Assembly: GCA_037143235.1 (NCBI GenBank)
Contig: JBAWZC010000002.1
Span: 47,186-111,185, forward strand
Source: Candidatus Berkelbacteria bacterium
GTDB taxonomy: Bacteria; Patescibacteriota; UBA1384; XYA2-FULL-43-10; 1-14-0-10-43-13
DNA: 64,000 bases
Direction of reading: 5' to 3'
The notes under the pieces were generated by a model that saw only the letters and a list, made by a program, of their open reading frames with translations, had not been told where the DNA came from and did no database searches. This document shows positions 26,714-36,824 of the stretch, in pieces. Positions within the stretch are counted from its first letter, which is position 1. Every line of letters begins with the position of its first letter. The translations under genes were made by a program, and so were the position numbers.

Positions 26714-27415
26714 ATGTCAAAACAAAGGAGAAGATGCACTATGAGAACTCTAATCAAAGTAGTCGAGTATGTTCTAGAAACAAAACTCGACCATCCAATC
26801 AATATCCCACCGGGGATAACGAGGAAAGAGATTCTAGAAGTTTGTCCGACGGTCTGTGGCCAAGAAATATCAGAATTCCTGATGATGCGTGTCTGCTCGG
26901 ACAACAACGATGTGTTCGAAGGGGCATGCTGTTGTCCTCACTGGGATTTACTTCTGAAGGGCTCAGCGCTTCTGGGAATTGGAAGAGACAACATCGTCGA
27001 ATATGCAGAATTCTTCTGCGGGGAAGACGAAGAGAAGGTTGACACCCTCTCTGTCCTCTCTGGCCGGCGAGGCAGCGAATATCAAGCAAACTGCTACTGT
27101 CGACGATTGCTCCTTGCCCTTAAATTGGTGCAAGACGCAATGAAAACTCGGGAGCAACCACCAGATAACAGGATAGTTAACGAGCTGACTTCATCCGAAT
27201 TGTACGCTGCCGCATCCATTGCCGAGTTGCGAGAACTTGCCGAGTGTATACAGTGGGCGGAAGACGAAGAGAAAAAAAAGCTCCTCAACGAGATCATTCG
27301 CCGAATCAAGGGAGAAATACTCGTCACCGACGAGACGAGACTTCTCTCCACAGAGCCAGTTAAGACTGGCTGCCCGATAGCTCCCCAAAATCACTTTAAC
27401 GGTGTAGCAGCATAA
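26714..27415 (+). CDS. Cys-rich hypothetical protein on a high-GC island (alternative start ATG at 26735)
   Basis: 233 aa with about 48-50% GC against about 40% for the surrounding sequence. Many overlapping antisense ORFs arise as a GC artefact. Flanked by REP on the left and a hairpin at 27438-27466 on the right. Confidence 0.5.
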   Translation: MSKQRRRCTMRTLIKVVEYVLETKLDHPINIPPGITRKEILEVCPTVCGQEISEFLMMRVCSDNNDVFEGACCCPHWDLLLKGSALLGIGRDNIVEYAEFFCGEDEEKVDTLSVLSGRRGSEYQANCYCRRLLLALKLVQDAMKTREQPPDNRIVNELTSSELYAAASIAELRELAECIQWAEDEEKKKLLNEIIRRIKGEILVTDETRLLSTEPVKTGCPIAPQNHFNGVAA

Positions 27416-27505
27416 CAGACACTGCGCACATTACAGAAACCCGGTCGCATTGCGGCCGGGTTTGCCTGTATATTTTCAAATCAATTTATAACAACACGAA
27501 GAATT

Positions 27506-28591
27506 TTATTCATCATTCAGGCGGAACTTCCAAGAAGCGATCGCCAGACAACCAACTATCCAAGCGCCAACTATAATCAGATTATTTGGATCAGCAAAGA
27601 TAGAGGCCCCTTCCAAGATGACACCTCGCATTATTCGCAATAGCGGAGCTAAGGGCAGAAACTGAACGATTGAGTAAAGCCACTTGGGCAGAGTATCGAT
27701 CGGAAAAAAGATACCGCCCAAAAACATCATCGGGATTGTAATCGCCATCGCCGCTCCTTGGGCTGCATCTACAGTCCGGACGATCGAAGCGAGAGCAAAA
27801 CCGATTAGTTGAAACATGACCGCGCCAATCAAAGCGACCAAATAAATCATGTAAACACTACCGTAGATGTGAGCGCCAAAAACATATTTACCAATGATAT
27901 AGATGATCGTAATCTGAAGAAAATTGAGCACGAGCCTCGACAAGACTTCTCCGGTAATAAACCACCAAGTTTTGATCGGGGCGGTGATGATACGCTTCAG
28001 GATCTTGTCTTCACGATATTTATTCATCCCTATCGCAATGCCCATGATTGAGGCATTCATCAAGGCCAGACCGAACATACCAGCCAAAACAAAATCAAAA
28101 TAAGTCAATTTGTTCGTATTTGTCTTTTCTTCTTTGATCGCAAAAGCCTCGGACCGAATATTGTTCTGTTGATAGGTCATTTGAGTATTGAACTTATTCA
28201 AAAATCCCAACAAGATAGTATTTGTTGTAGCATTGCCAGGATCATCAATGACCGTAATTTCTCGCGGTGCGCTAGTAGATAGATCACCAAAACCTGACGG
28301 GATCACGATAGCTCCTCCGGCCTTACCCTTTTTGACTGCAGCTCTCGCTTCGTCAACATTTTTTATCGAAGTGTTAATAGCAAACAATTTAGAATCAACG
28401 ATAGTTGTTTCAATATTTTTGGCGATCACTGACTGAGAGTTATTGATGATTATGACCGTACCGTTCGTCGAATCTTTGCCAAAAAATAAACCAAAAATAA
28501 CCGTAAACATCAGCGGGAACATCAGCGCCCAGAAGGAAGCCTGACGGTTTCGAAACAACATTTTTAAGTCGGACCAAAATAGTTTAATCAT
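27506..28591 (-). CDS. ABC-2 type transporter permease
   Basis: 361 aa with an N-terminal TM, a large extracytoplasmic loop and a C-terminal 5-TM ABC2 membrane domain. Confidence 0.7.
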   Translation of the reverse strand: MIKLFWSDLKMLFRNRQASFWALMFPLMFTVIFGLFFGKDSTNGTVIIINNSQSVIAKNIETTIVDSKLFAINTSIKNVDEARAAVKKGKAGGAIVIPSGFGDLSTSAPREITVIDDPGNATTNTILLGFLNKFNTQMTYQQNNIRSEAFAIKEEKTNTNKLTYFDFVLAGMFGLALMNASIMGIAIGMNKYREDKILKRIITAPIKTWWFITGEVLSRLVLNFLQITIIYIIGKYVFGAHIYGSVYMIYLVALIGAVMFQLIGFALASIVRTVDAAQGAAMAITIPMMFLGGIFFPIDTLPKWLYSIVQFLPLAPLLRIMRGVILEGASIFADPNNLIIVGAWIVGCLAIASWKFRLNDE

Positions 28592-29516
28592 CTGACTCCT
28601 CTTTTTTGATTTCTTTGCCTGTCAATTCGATAAACAAATCTTCGAGCGAAGCTCTGCCCACCGTCATACTCTCTGGATTCATCTTGTTGATAATTTCAGT
28701 TGCTTTATTTACATCAGCCTGTGTTTTCAACTTCAATTCAAAATGATTTGATTTGCCAGCTAGATTTTCGATATTACCAAGCAATCTCAATTTTTCAATT
28801 TGAGCTTTTGAGACACCAGAGGAGAAAAAACTAATCTTGTAGGGATTTTCCGTACTTTCTATCAGCTTGTGAGTTTCATCCAGAGCGATGATCTTGCCAT
28901 GATCCATAATGGCGATCCGATCACACAAAACCTCTGCTTCCTCCATATAATGAGTTGTCAGCACGATCGTTTTGCCCATTTTTTTGATATTTGCAATCAG
29001 CTCCCACAGACTTCGCCTTGCCACAGGGTCAAGGCCAGTGGTTGGTTCATCGAGAAAAACAACATCCGGATCATTTACCAGACTAGCCACGATCGAAAAG
29101 CGTTGTTTCTGCCCACCCGAAAGATTTGCGACCAGTGATTTCTTTTTCTCCAGTAAGTCCACCATTTCCAATAATTCATCAGGGTTTTTGGCCGTTTTGT
29201 AGAACGATCCAAACAGATCAAGAATTTCATGCAAAGTTAAAAATTGATAATAAGCGGAAGACTGGAGCTGGACGCCAATTCTTTCTTTGACACAATCAGC
29301 ACAGCCATGCGTCACATCTTCGCCAAGCACCTTCACCTTGCCACTATCAGGCGAACGCAAACCCTCAATAATCTCCAGTGTTGTCGTCTTGCCAGCGCCA
29401 TTTTCACCGAGCAAACCAAAAACCTCGCCTTTCTTCACATCAAAAGAGATGCCGTCAACGGCGTTGAAGTTCCCATATTTTTTGACCAAATGATCGATCT
29501 CAATAACTTTTTCCAT
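28584..29516 (-). CDS. ABC transporter ATP-binding protein (partner of ABC-2 permease)
   Basis: Walker A GENGAGKTT, signature LSGGQKQR, Walker B VVFLDEPT. The most likely start is MEKVIEIDH at 29516. The 345-aa ORF in the track extends upstream without motif support. Confidence 0.75.
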   Translation of the reverse strand: MEKVIEIDHLVKKYGNFNAVDGISFDVKKGEVFGLLGENGAGKTTTLEIIEGLRSPDSGKVKVLGEDVTHGCADCVKERIGVQLQSSAYYQFLTLHEILDLFGSFYKTAKNPDELLEMVDLLEKKKSLVANLSGGQKQRFSIVASLVNDPDVVFLDEPTTGLDPVARRSLWELIANIKKMGKTIVLTTHYMEEAEVLCDRIAIMDHGKIIALDETHKLIESTENPYKISFFSSGVSKAQIEKLRLLGNIENLAGKSNHFELKLKTQADVNKATEIINKMNPESMTVGRASLEDLFIELTGKEIKKEESDD

Positions 29517-29627
29517 TTTTTTCCCTTTTAATACCAAACAAATTATATGCCTTGATGTCATAGTTTTCAACATCAACGGCTCAATGACAAATGCCATCAA
29601 GCCGTTGGATATCAAGATCAATAAAAC

Positions 29628-30323
29628 TTATTTTTCGATCTGACCGTCACACATACTGATAATATTTTTGCAATCATTGGCCACAGCCATGTTATGAGTC
29701 ACGATCAGAAAGGTCTGCTTGTTATCTTTGTTCAATTTCTTTAATATTTCCATAATCTCCAGAGATGTCTTGGTATCCAACTCCCCTGTCGGTTCATCCG
29801 CCAATATTATCGCGGGGTTATTCATCAAAGCACGAGCGATCGCCACTCTTTGCTGCTGTCCACCAGAAAGCTCATTGGGACGGTGATGAGATCTGTCTTT
29901 CAAACCCATCAGATCAAGCAACTCTGCCGCCCGCTGTTTGCGCTCGGCCAACTTCATCCCGCCATACTTGCCCGCCAAGACAACATTTTCAAATGCGGTC
30001 AAAGTTGGGATCAGGTTGAAACCTTGAAAGATAAAACCAATCTTCTTGGCTCGCAATTTATACATCTGATTGTCTTTTATCGATGCCATATCAACGCCAT
30101 CAATCTCGAGCGATCCCCTGTCAGCCTTTTCAAGTAAACCAAGGATTGTCATCAAGGTTGATTTGCCACAGCCACTTGGGCCGATAATGGCCGAGAAATC
30201 ACCTTCCTTGACCTCCAGATCAACGCCATTTAATGCTTTCACTACATTCAACTTCGACATCTTAAATGTCTTCTCGAGACCCTTTGCTTTGATAATAATT
30301 TTTTCCGCCATATTGTTCTCCAA
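29628..30323 (-). CDS. ABC transporter ATP-binding protein, MacB/LolD/FtsE-like
   Basis: 231 aa with [24 protein letters not shown] and ILADEPTG. Confidence 0.8.
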   Translation of the reverse strand: MENNMAEKIIIKAKGLEKTFKMSKLNVVKALNGVDLEVKEGDFSAIIGPSGCGKSTLMTILGLLEKADRGSLEIDGVDMASIKDNQMYKLRAKKIGFIFQGFNLIPTLTAFENVVLAGKYGGMKLAERKQRAAELLDLMGLKDRSHHRPNELSGGQQQRVAIARALMNNPAIILADEPTGELDTKTSLEIMEILKKLNKDNKQTFLIVTHNMAVANDCKNIISMCDGQIEK

Positions 30324-30389
30324 TTGATTATTGTACCAATGAAAATTAATTCATCATTGACCATTGACACTTGATAATTGCGAATTGTC

Positions 30390-31676
30390 TTACAATTCGC
30401 GTATTGCCTGCACCACCTTCAGTCTTGCTGCGCGAAGAGCAGGGAAAAATCCAGCCACGATACCGACAACAAAAGAGAAGAAGACAACCCCGATCAAAAA
30501 GCTCGGATCGAGCAAAAATATCTCCGCACCCTTTTCGGCCATCTTGCTGTTTATCAGCAATGCAGTCAAAGCGCCAAGTGACATACCCAAGATACCGCCG
30601 ATAATACTCAAGGCTCCAGCTTCTAGCGTATATTCAATTGCGATTGACGAACCAGAGGCACCAATCGCCTTCTTGATACCAATTTCCTTGGTACGCTCAG
30701 AGATTGACATAATCATGGTATTTACGACCGAAAAAAGCCCGACAATCAAAGCCAAGAGCGCGCTGCCTAGAATAATTGCATTCATCGTCGTTGACGCCTT
30801 ATCTATCTGCTCCCCCATTTTCTTTGGTGACAAGACCAAAACTTCGTTCTTGTATTTATCCTTAATCGTATTGAACAGTTGATCAGGATCGACACCATCT
30901 TTCCACGAAACCGATGCTGAGGTAGAAATGTCTTCCATCCTGAATGATTTTGATTGGACGATCTGTGCCCTTGCTTCCGGCGACAACTTTGATAACTCGG
31001 CGTCGGAAATATTGGCCACACTATCGGCTTGAGTTTTCAGAGACTTCAAGAATGGATTTGAGTCAACATATAGTTCTCGTGCAGGCTTGATATTCATAAA
31101 TACATAGGAGTCTGGTCCAGTCATAGTTTTAGTTAAAATCCCAACCACATGAAATTCTCGGCCGCGAATCTTGACTGTATCACCAACTTTCCATTTTTTA
31201 TCCAAAGCCACTGTCGATCCAATCGAAATATCATTTTCTGCTGAATTTTTATCTATTGCCACCCCTTTGTCCATATCAAGAGTTGCCCAGTTCTTATTTT
31301 TGAAATTCGAATTTGGATCCATGCTATAAATTGTCGCTGGCTGACTTATACCCATCGATCCGCCGGTCGGATCATCTGGGTTTGGCTCGTCGACAGCAAG
31401 TGAAACCGATCCTTCAACCGCTTCAACACCGTCGACCTTGGCAATTTTATCCAACAGGTCGACAGGCATAGTACCAGAGGTACCACTCATAAAATCACTT
31501 CCCTTGGGCGAGATAGTAATCTGACCCGTGATATATCTCTTGCCGCCATCAATCATTTTGTTAAGTTTCAATGCCATGCTGCCCATCACCGTAAAAGCAA
31601 AGATACCGACGGCAATGCCAGTGATCGTGAGCAAAGCACGAAATTTTCTACGCCAGATGTTACGAAAAATTTCCAT
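30390..31676 (-). CDS. ABC transporter permease, FtsX/MacB-like with periplasmic domain
   Basis: 428 aa with an N-terminal TM, a large periplasmic domain and a C-terminal 3-TM FtsX-like domain. Confidence 0.7.
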   Translation of the reverse strand: MEIFRNIWRRKFRALLTITGIAVGIFAFTVMGSMALKLNKMIDGGKRYITGQITISPKGSDFMSGTSGTMPVDLLDKIAKVDGVEAVEGSVSLAVDEPNPDDPTGGSMGISQPATIYSMDPNSNFKNKNWATLDMDKGVAIDKNSAENDISIGSTVALDKKWKVGDTVKIRGREFHVVGILTKTMTGPDSYVFMNIKPARELYVDSNPFLKSLKTQADSVANISDAELSKLSPEARAQIVQSKSFRMEDISTSASVSWKDGVDPDQLFNTIKDKYKNEVLVLSPKKMGEQIDKASTTMNAIILGSALLALIVGLFSVVNTMIMSISERTKEIGIKKAIGASGSSIAIEYTLEAGALSIIGGILGMSLGALTALLINSKMAEKGAEIFLLDPSFLIGVVFFSFVVGIVAGFFPALRAARLKVVQAIREL

Positions 31677-31699
31677 AATATTTTCCTATTAAATATAAA

Positions 31700-31830
31700 T
31701 ACGAATGGTCGGACGCTAAACGCTGTTTTAACGACACTAGATGTCCTGCGGCGCCAAGCGCTGCTATAACGACGCTAAATGTTGTGGTCGGACGCTAAGC
31801 GTCCGTTAAACCACGCTCAGCGTGGTCGGA
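31700..31830. repeat. REP-like palindromes (family C: gacgctaaacgctg / gacgctaagcgtcc / cacgctcagcgtgg)
   Basis: At least four palindromic units. The last overlaps the 3' end of tRNA-Pro by 3 nt. A related copy lies at 63441-63480. Confidence 0.55.
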
Positions 31831-31898
31831 GCGCCGAGACTTGAACTCGGAATCTCACGAACCCGAATCGTGTGCCCTACCAATTAGGCCACGCTCCG
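31823..31898 (-). tRNA. tRNA-Pro(CGG)
   Basis: CGGAGCG/TG/GCCT-AATTGGTA-GGGC/A/CACGA-TTCGGGT-TCGTG/AGATT/CCGAG-TTCAAGT-CTCGG/CGCTCCG/A/CCA. Confidence 0.7.
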
Positions 31899-31931
31899 AC
31901 ATTTTATAGTAAAAGCCGATATCAGAAATAT

Positions 31932-32144
31932 TTATTTATTTCTGATCAGCTCTAGCTGCAAGATGATATAGCCAAGTGGCATGATGACCAAACCGCCAAT
32001 GATTTTTGATGATGGCAAGACAAAACTGTAGTCGGTGAAAATATTAAACAACCAGCCGACTACGCCAAATGCAAAAACAAAGGCCCCAGCTGTGATGATC
32101 GCGATGGCGATCGACTTGAAATTCACTTTTCCTGTCTCTGTCAT
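31932..32144 (-). CDS. small membrane protein
   Basis: 70 aa from MTETGKV with two TM helices. The longer ORF in the track has no RBS support. Confidence 0.35.
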   Translation of the reverse strand: MTETGKVNFKSIAIAIITAGAFVFAFGVVGWLFNIFTDYSFVLPSSKIIGGLVIMPLGYIILQLELIRNK

Positions 32145-32154
32145 ATACCTCCTG

Positions 32155-32364
32155 TTAAAATATTTTGTACAAAAGCATGGCCAAAGTCGCATGGACAATC
32201 ATCAAGAAAACGAAGATCACCCATAACCACTTGCGATGCCAAATAGAATTACTAGGGTTTGGCCGTAAGCCGATATAGAGCTGAACCATCAAAACGACAA
32301 AAGCTAAGGCGGTAACGCCAAGCCAGATCATATGAACGAGTTGATATACCAAATAATTGTACAT
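32155..32364 (-). CDS. small membrane protein
   Basis: 69 aa with two TM helices. Confidence 0.35.
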   Translation of the reverse strand: MYNYLVYQLVHMIWLGVTALAFVVLMVQLYIGLRPNPSNSIWHRKWLWVIFVFLMIVHATLAMLLYKIF

Positions 32365-32451
32365 ACCATTATTATATTACTGATCGAAGGTCAATTCAAG
32401 CTAGTGATAAATGTCTGCTTCGGATCATTAGGTTCGATCGAGCGCTAAGTA

Positions 32452-32527
32452 TGGTCAGGGTAGTCGGACTTGAACCGACGATCTCCGGACCCCCAGCCCG
32501 GCGCTTTACCAACTAAGCCATACCCTG
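32452..32527 (-). tRNA. tRNA-Pro(GGG)
   Basis: CAGGGTA/TG/GCTT-AGTTGGTA-AAGC/G/CCGGG-CTGGGGG-TCCGG/AGATC/GTCGG-TTCAAGT-CCGAC/TACCCTG/A/CCA. Confidence 0.7.
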
Positions 32528-32627
32528 ATCATATCCAATTTATCATATGTTGAATAATTTGAATATGTTTGCGCTCTAACAATTTCAACCTAGTTTCATA
32601 TCTCGCCGGAAGTGGTAAAATAAGATT

Positions 32628-33818
32628 ATGAAAATACTTTTAGCCTCAGAATCGTTTCCACCAAATGTTTCTGGTGTGGCCACAGCCACAAAAAACTTGG
32701 CACAAAATCTGGTGAAATTTGGACATACTGCTATCGTTATAACTCCGGGCAATGTTCGCCAAAACAAAAAAGACGATCGTTTTCCTGATTACGATGTCAT
32801 ACGCATCGCCTCCATTCCAAATCCTTTTCGCAAAGGCTTCCGCATTGCTTTCTCCTCAAAAAATCGCATCAAGAAAATATTATTAGAAACGAAACCAGAC
32901 CTAGTCCACCTCCAAGACCCAGCTGCTATCGGTACCTTGGTACGCGATACGGCCAATGACCTAGGTATCCCAGTCGTCATCACCAATCATTTTTCTCTCG
33001 AATATGCCCTTTCCTATGTCAAAGGCTTATCTCCGATCATCCCCTTGCTCAGACAAGGACTGATCACTTATCTGGCGAATTTTTACAATCATTGTGATCA
33101 GGTCGTCACACCGACAGAAACTTTCGTCAAGCAGGTGCGACAATGGGGTGTGAAAAAACCAGTTATTGCAGTTTCCAACGGCATTGATGTTAGCAAATTC
33201 ATCACTCATTTTACCAAAGATGAACTCGACGACTTTCGCAAATCTCACCTCTTGCCTGATGGTCACATCATCCTCTATCTCGGCCGCGCAGACAAAGACA
33301 AAAGCATCGATGTTATCATCCGCTCCATACCAGAGGTAGCTAGTAAATGCGACGCACATTTTGTCATCGCGGGCACAGGCGGTGAGATCGAAAATCTCAA
33401 AAAGCTGGCGACTGAACTAAATGTTGATAAAAATGTGACCTTCCTTGGTTTTCTGGATCAAAAGAATGACGATAAAATCAAAATGTTCAAAAGCGCCACC
33501 GTCTTTGCAATACCTTCAACAATCGAAACACAAAGTATCGTTACTCTTGAAGCTCTTGCTTCGCGTGTGCCTGTCGTCGCCGCTGATGCCGGTGCCCTAC
33601 CAGAGCTAGTCATTGACGGCAAAGATGGCTACCTGATCAAGCCAGGCGACCACCAAGCACTTGCGAAACACCTCATCGAGATCATCAAAGACAAAAAGAA
33701 GCAGCAAGATATGGGCGACTACGGCTTCACTATCGCCATGCACCATCAGATGGATACCGCCTTCAAAGAAATGCTAGCCCTATATAAAGAAGTGATTGAG
33801 AGAAAGAAAAAGTCCTAG
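32628..33818 (+). CDS. GT4-family glycosyltransferase (glycosyl transferases group 1)
   Basis: 396 aa with a C-terminal GT-B fold carrying the EX7E-like signature (FAIPSTIETQSIVTLEALASRVPVVAADAG). Confidence 0.7.
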   Translation: MKILLASESFPPNVSGVATATKNLAQNLVKFGHTAIVITPGNVRQNKKDDRFPDYDVIRIASIPNPFRKGFRIAFSSKNRIKKILLETKPDLVHLQDPAAIGTLVRDTANDLGIPVVITNHFSLEYALSYVKGLSPIIPLLRQGLITYLANFYNHCDQVVTPTETFVKQVRQWGVKKPVIAVSNGIDVSKFITHFTKDELDDFRKSHLLPDGHIILYLGRADKDKSIDVIIRSIPEVASKCDAHFVIAGTGGEIENLKKLATELNVDKNVTFLGFLDQKNDDKIKMFKSATVFAIPSTIETQSIVTLEALASRVPVVAADAGALPELVIDGKDGYLIKPGDHQALAKHLIEIIKDKKKQQDMGDYGFTIAMHHQMDTAFKEMLALYKEVIERKKKS

Positions 33819-34229
33819 ACTGATATTGAATAGTTTCATTTAGTCATTTAGCCAATTGATCGTTTAATCATTGATTGAAGAATTGGAAATTGGATATTGG
33901 GAAATTAACTGATTATTGTTTCTTGGTTATTGTATCTTGGGGTCACTTCTTGACTATTGCTTCTTGCCAGTTTAGGTAATTAGAAATTAGAAATTAGAAA
34001 TTTTCTCAGCGTCCGCCCCACCCTCTAAATTGGTTATAAATAACCAAGTGGGCGACCTCACGCTCTGACCACGGCCAGAGCAAATATTAGAAGCCCTTAA
34101 AAGATTTGTTAGCCAATTTATGATAGATAGGACGGACAGACACATCTTATCATAACTTCAAATATCGCCAAAACCTTTTATATCAACTCTGATTCTGGTA
34201 AAATAGTCTTGTTAATATCGGAATGACCT

Positions 34230-36389
34230 ATGGGCAAACCGCAGCTATTTGTTCAATCATATTTTTTGGCAACACAGGAAAAAACCCTGGGCAGACATTT
34301 GGCGACTGGTAAAATCCTTTTTAATGATCTTACTGATTCATTTTTCTTTTATTTGATCGAAATTACGCCAGAAACCGCTTTTGACACCGTGATTGAGCGT
34401 ATCATCGTCGATACGATGGAAAGTTTTTCTGACACCTCTGCTGTAAATGAAGCAAGTTTCGAAAAAGTTTTGACCAAGATAAACGCAGGTCTTGGAGAAC
34501 TGGCCGACTCAAGCCAGAGTCATTGGGCTGATCATCTAAATGCTATCGTCGGAGTTGTCGATGGCGACAATATCCTGATCTCTCAATGTGGCAAGATTAT
34601 CGGCTATATTTTTCGCAAAAACCGTATCTCCTCGCTGACAGACAACAGCAAAGTTACCGCCACCGCTCACAGCGTTTTTGATGAAATTATGGCTGGGCAG
34701 ATTGCCACCAACGATCGCATCGTCTTTGGCACCTCCGAATTTTTTGCCCATATCTCACTCGATAGGACGAGAAAACTCGGCACAGACCGCTCTCTGCTGG
34801 AAGACCTCTACTCCATCCAGAAATACTTTCAGCGACAGCGCTCAGCCACCGCCAACGCCATCTTCTTTGAAATTGATTGCTTGCCTGACGAGGTTGAAAC
34901 CAGAACTCTTTTTCTCGACGAACCTGAGATCAGCTCGACTGATATTTTTTGGGCAAAAGCAAAACCAATTTTAACGAAAATTGCCAAAAATATTGCTCTG
35001 GCCAGTGCCTTTCTCTGTAAATACATCGCAATTGGCAGCAAAAAATCCCATGGCTTTATCAAAAAAAGTATTTCACCCAAACTTTCTCACTACACTGGAG
35101 AAATCACCGAGTCAATCAAGAAAAAGTTGCCAAAGATAGACTACTCCGAGCGATTTTCACCACAACGAGCTTTTAACCCGACCGGCATTCGAGTCAAAGG
35201 TGCAAATTATTCTCCCCGAACCAGCAAGAAAAACTTTCTCACCTATGCCTTATTTTATTTCTCATTACTGGGGCTATTATTTGAAAAGAAAAACCGCAAA
35301 TATCTATACGCTACCCTAATAGCCTTGGCAATCATCATCGCTTTCTGCAAGATAACTATCAACAATTCAGAGCGTGGCAAGATCGCCGATCAAGCTGACC
35401 AAACACTCGCCTATGAAAAAGCTTTGACTCTTTACAACTCTGGCAAACAAGATATCGCTCTAGGGAAAACTACCGGCAAAGACCAGCTCAGCCAAGCCCT
35501 GAGCCAAGCCGAGGAAGCCCAGAAAAACAAAGATTACGCCGAGAAAAGTACCGCTCTGATCAAGAGCATCAACCAGGTTTTTGACAAACAAATTGTAGCC
35601 ACTAGAGTCTATACTGACAACGCCAATATCTCCTTACCAGCTGATACAGTTTTTGCGATCAGCGTTGGCAACGATATCTATTCTATCTCCAAAAACAACC
35701 ACATTTTCTCAGGGTCAGCCAATAACTACACTCCGACAGAGATAAAGAATTTCCCTATTTCATCACCACAAATCTCAGCCATCACTTATTCTGGCTATCT
35801 CAACAAAATATTTTTCCATGCAGATGCCAAAATGTTCACCATGGATGTTTCTTCCAAAAGCTTCTCAGAACTAATGATCAGCGATGCCACTAGCTTATGG
35901 GAGACAGCGACAACTTTTGCCAGTTATCGTTCCAGCCTCTACCTTATGGATTCCAACAGCAAAACAATATTTAAGCATGTAGCTGACAACGCAAATTACA
36001 GCAAAGGCCAAGTCTACCTGACAGCTGCCAAAAATACTTTGGCGAACGCCATCGACATCGCTATCGACGGTGATGTCTACCTACTTTATAAAGATGGCTC
36101 AGTCAATAAATATCGTCAAAGCACCCTACTTTCAGAATTTAAATTGCGCAACATCCCCTCTCCAGATTCAGCTATCTCGGGCGCCAGCAAAATCTTTACG
36201 GACGAAGATACCAACAACATCTTTGTGATGGACAAAGCCAAAAATCGCGTCATCGTTTTCGACAAAACTGGCAACTATCAGAAACAATATATTTTAGATA
36301 ATACCGATCTGACCGGTTTTACCGTCAACCCCAAATTACAAAAAATCTGGCTCCTCTCGGGAAACAGATTATTCGAAGCCGGACTATAA
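34230..36389 (+). CDS. bitopic membrane protein with N-terminal PP2C-like (PPM) phosphatase-like domain and large extracytoplasmic C-terminal domain
   Basis: 719 aa. NAIVGVVDGDNILISQCGKIIGYIFRKNRISSLTDNS resembles the PPM motif (GDSR...lT.DHS). Two TM helices around residue 340 and a beta-rich C-terminus. Confidence 0.4.
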   Translation: MGKPQLFVQSYFLATQEKTLGRHLATGKILFNDLTDSFFFYLIEITPETAFDTVIERIIVDTMESFSDTSAVNEASFEKVLTKINAGLGELADSSQSHWADHLNAIVGVVDGDNILISQCGKIIGYIFRKNRISSLTDNSKVTATAHSVFDEIMAGQIATNDRIVFGTSEFFAHISLDRTRKLGTDRSLLEDLYSIQKYFQRQRSATANAIFFEIDCLPDEVETRTLFLDEPEISSTDIFWAKAKPILTKIAKNIALASAFLCKYIAIGSKKSHGFIKKSISPKLSHYTGEITESIKKKLPKIDYSERFSPQRAFNPTGIRVKGANYSPRTSKKNFLTYALFYFSLLGLLFEKKNRKYLYATLIALAIIIAFCKITINNSERGKIADQADQTLAYEKALTLYNSGKQDIALGKTTGKDQLSQALSQAEEAQKNKDYAEKSTALIKSINQVFDKQIVATRVYTDNANISLPADTVFAISVGNDIYSISKNNHIFSGSANNYTPTEIKNFPISSPQISAITYSGYLNKIFFHADAKMFTMDVSSKSFSELMISDATSLWETATTFASYRSSLYLMDSNSKTIFKHVADNANYSKGQVYLTAAKNTLANAIDIAIDGDVYLLYKDGSVNKYRQSTLLSEFKLRNIPSPDSAISGASKIFTDEDTNNIFVMDKAKNRVIVFDKTGNYQKQYILDNTDLTGFTVNPKLQKIWLLSGNRLFEAGL

Positions 36390-36455
36390 ATATATTATAT
36401 TATTTGTTCTAGTTTGGTGCGCCGAACAGAGTTAGACCCTGTCCGACGCTAGTTA

Positions 36456-36722
36456 CTAATCCTCCTCTGGGTGCTTCGCGGTCAATTCCGCAATCGAGTT
36501 CGAGATTCGCCAAGCAGCAAGCAGCCCGGCCGCTAAGTCAAAATTTTTTCCAGCGAGCTGCACTCTTCCCGCCGCAAAATCATTCGCGGCCTCGGCCCTG
36601 ATAGCTTCCATCAAAAAGAGAATTAATTCCGCTCTTGCGGAATGGCCAAGGTGTGCAATTTCCTCAGCCAATTGTTTCAGAGTTCCATCGAACCCCAAAA
36701 CTACAGATAGATGTTCAGACAT
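36456..36722 (-). CDS. small alpha-helical hypothetical protein on high-GC patch
   Basis: 89 aa from MSEHL. A strong RBS (aaaaaggagg) lies 8 nt upstream of this ATG. Local GC is about 50%. Confidence 0.5.
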   Translation of the reverse strand: MSEHLSVVLGFDGTLKQLAEEIAHLGHSARAELILFLMEAIRAEAANDFAAGRVQLAGKNFDLAAGLLAAWRISNSIAELTAKHPEED

Positions 36723-36824
36723 TTTACTTTCCTCCTTTTTGCCTGTATCTAACCGCAGATTAACATTATTACACAAAAATATCAAGTCCAGCAGGCAAGA
36801 AAATGAAATCGCCACCCGCGTATT

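Noticed and set aside
26677-27394. Antisense ORFs 26677..26907, 26799..27089, 26963..27157, 27094..27351, 27191..27394 and the + ORF 26611..27042
   Set aside because: Artefact of the locally elevated GC content, which has fewer stop codons. Only the 233-aa + frame has a coherent Cys-rich/helical composition.
28584-29621. N-terminal 35-aa extension of the ABC ATPase ORF (MILISNGLMAFVIEPLMLKTMTSRHIICLVLKGKK)
   Set aside because: Hydrophobic junk preceding the canonical MEKVIEIDHLVKKYG start. The extension overlaps the upstream gene end. The internal ATG at 29516 was preferred.
32585-32767. ORF 32585..32767(-) and 32789..32986(-), 33027..33359(-) antisense to the GT4 gene
   Set aside because: Shadow ORFs inside a well-supported glycosyltransferase gene.
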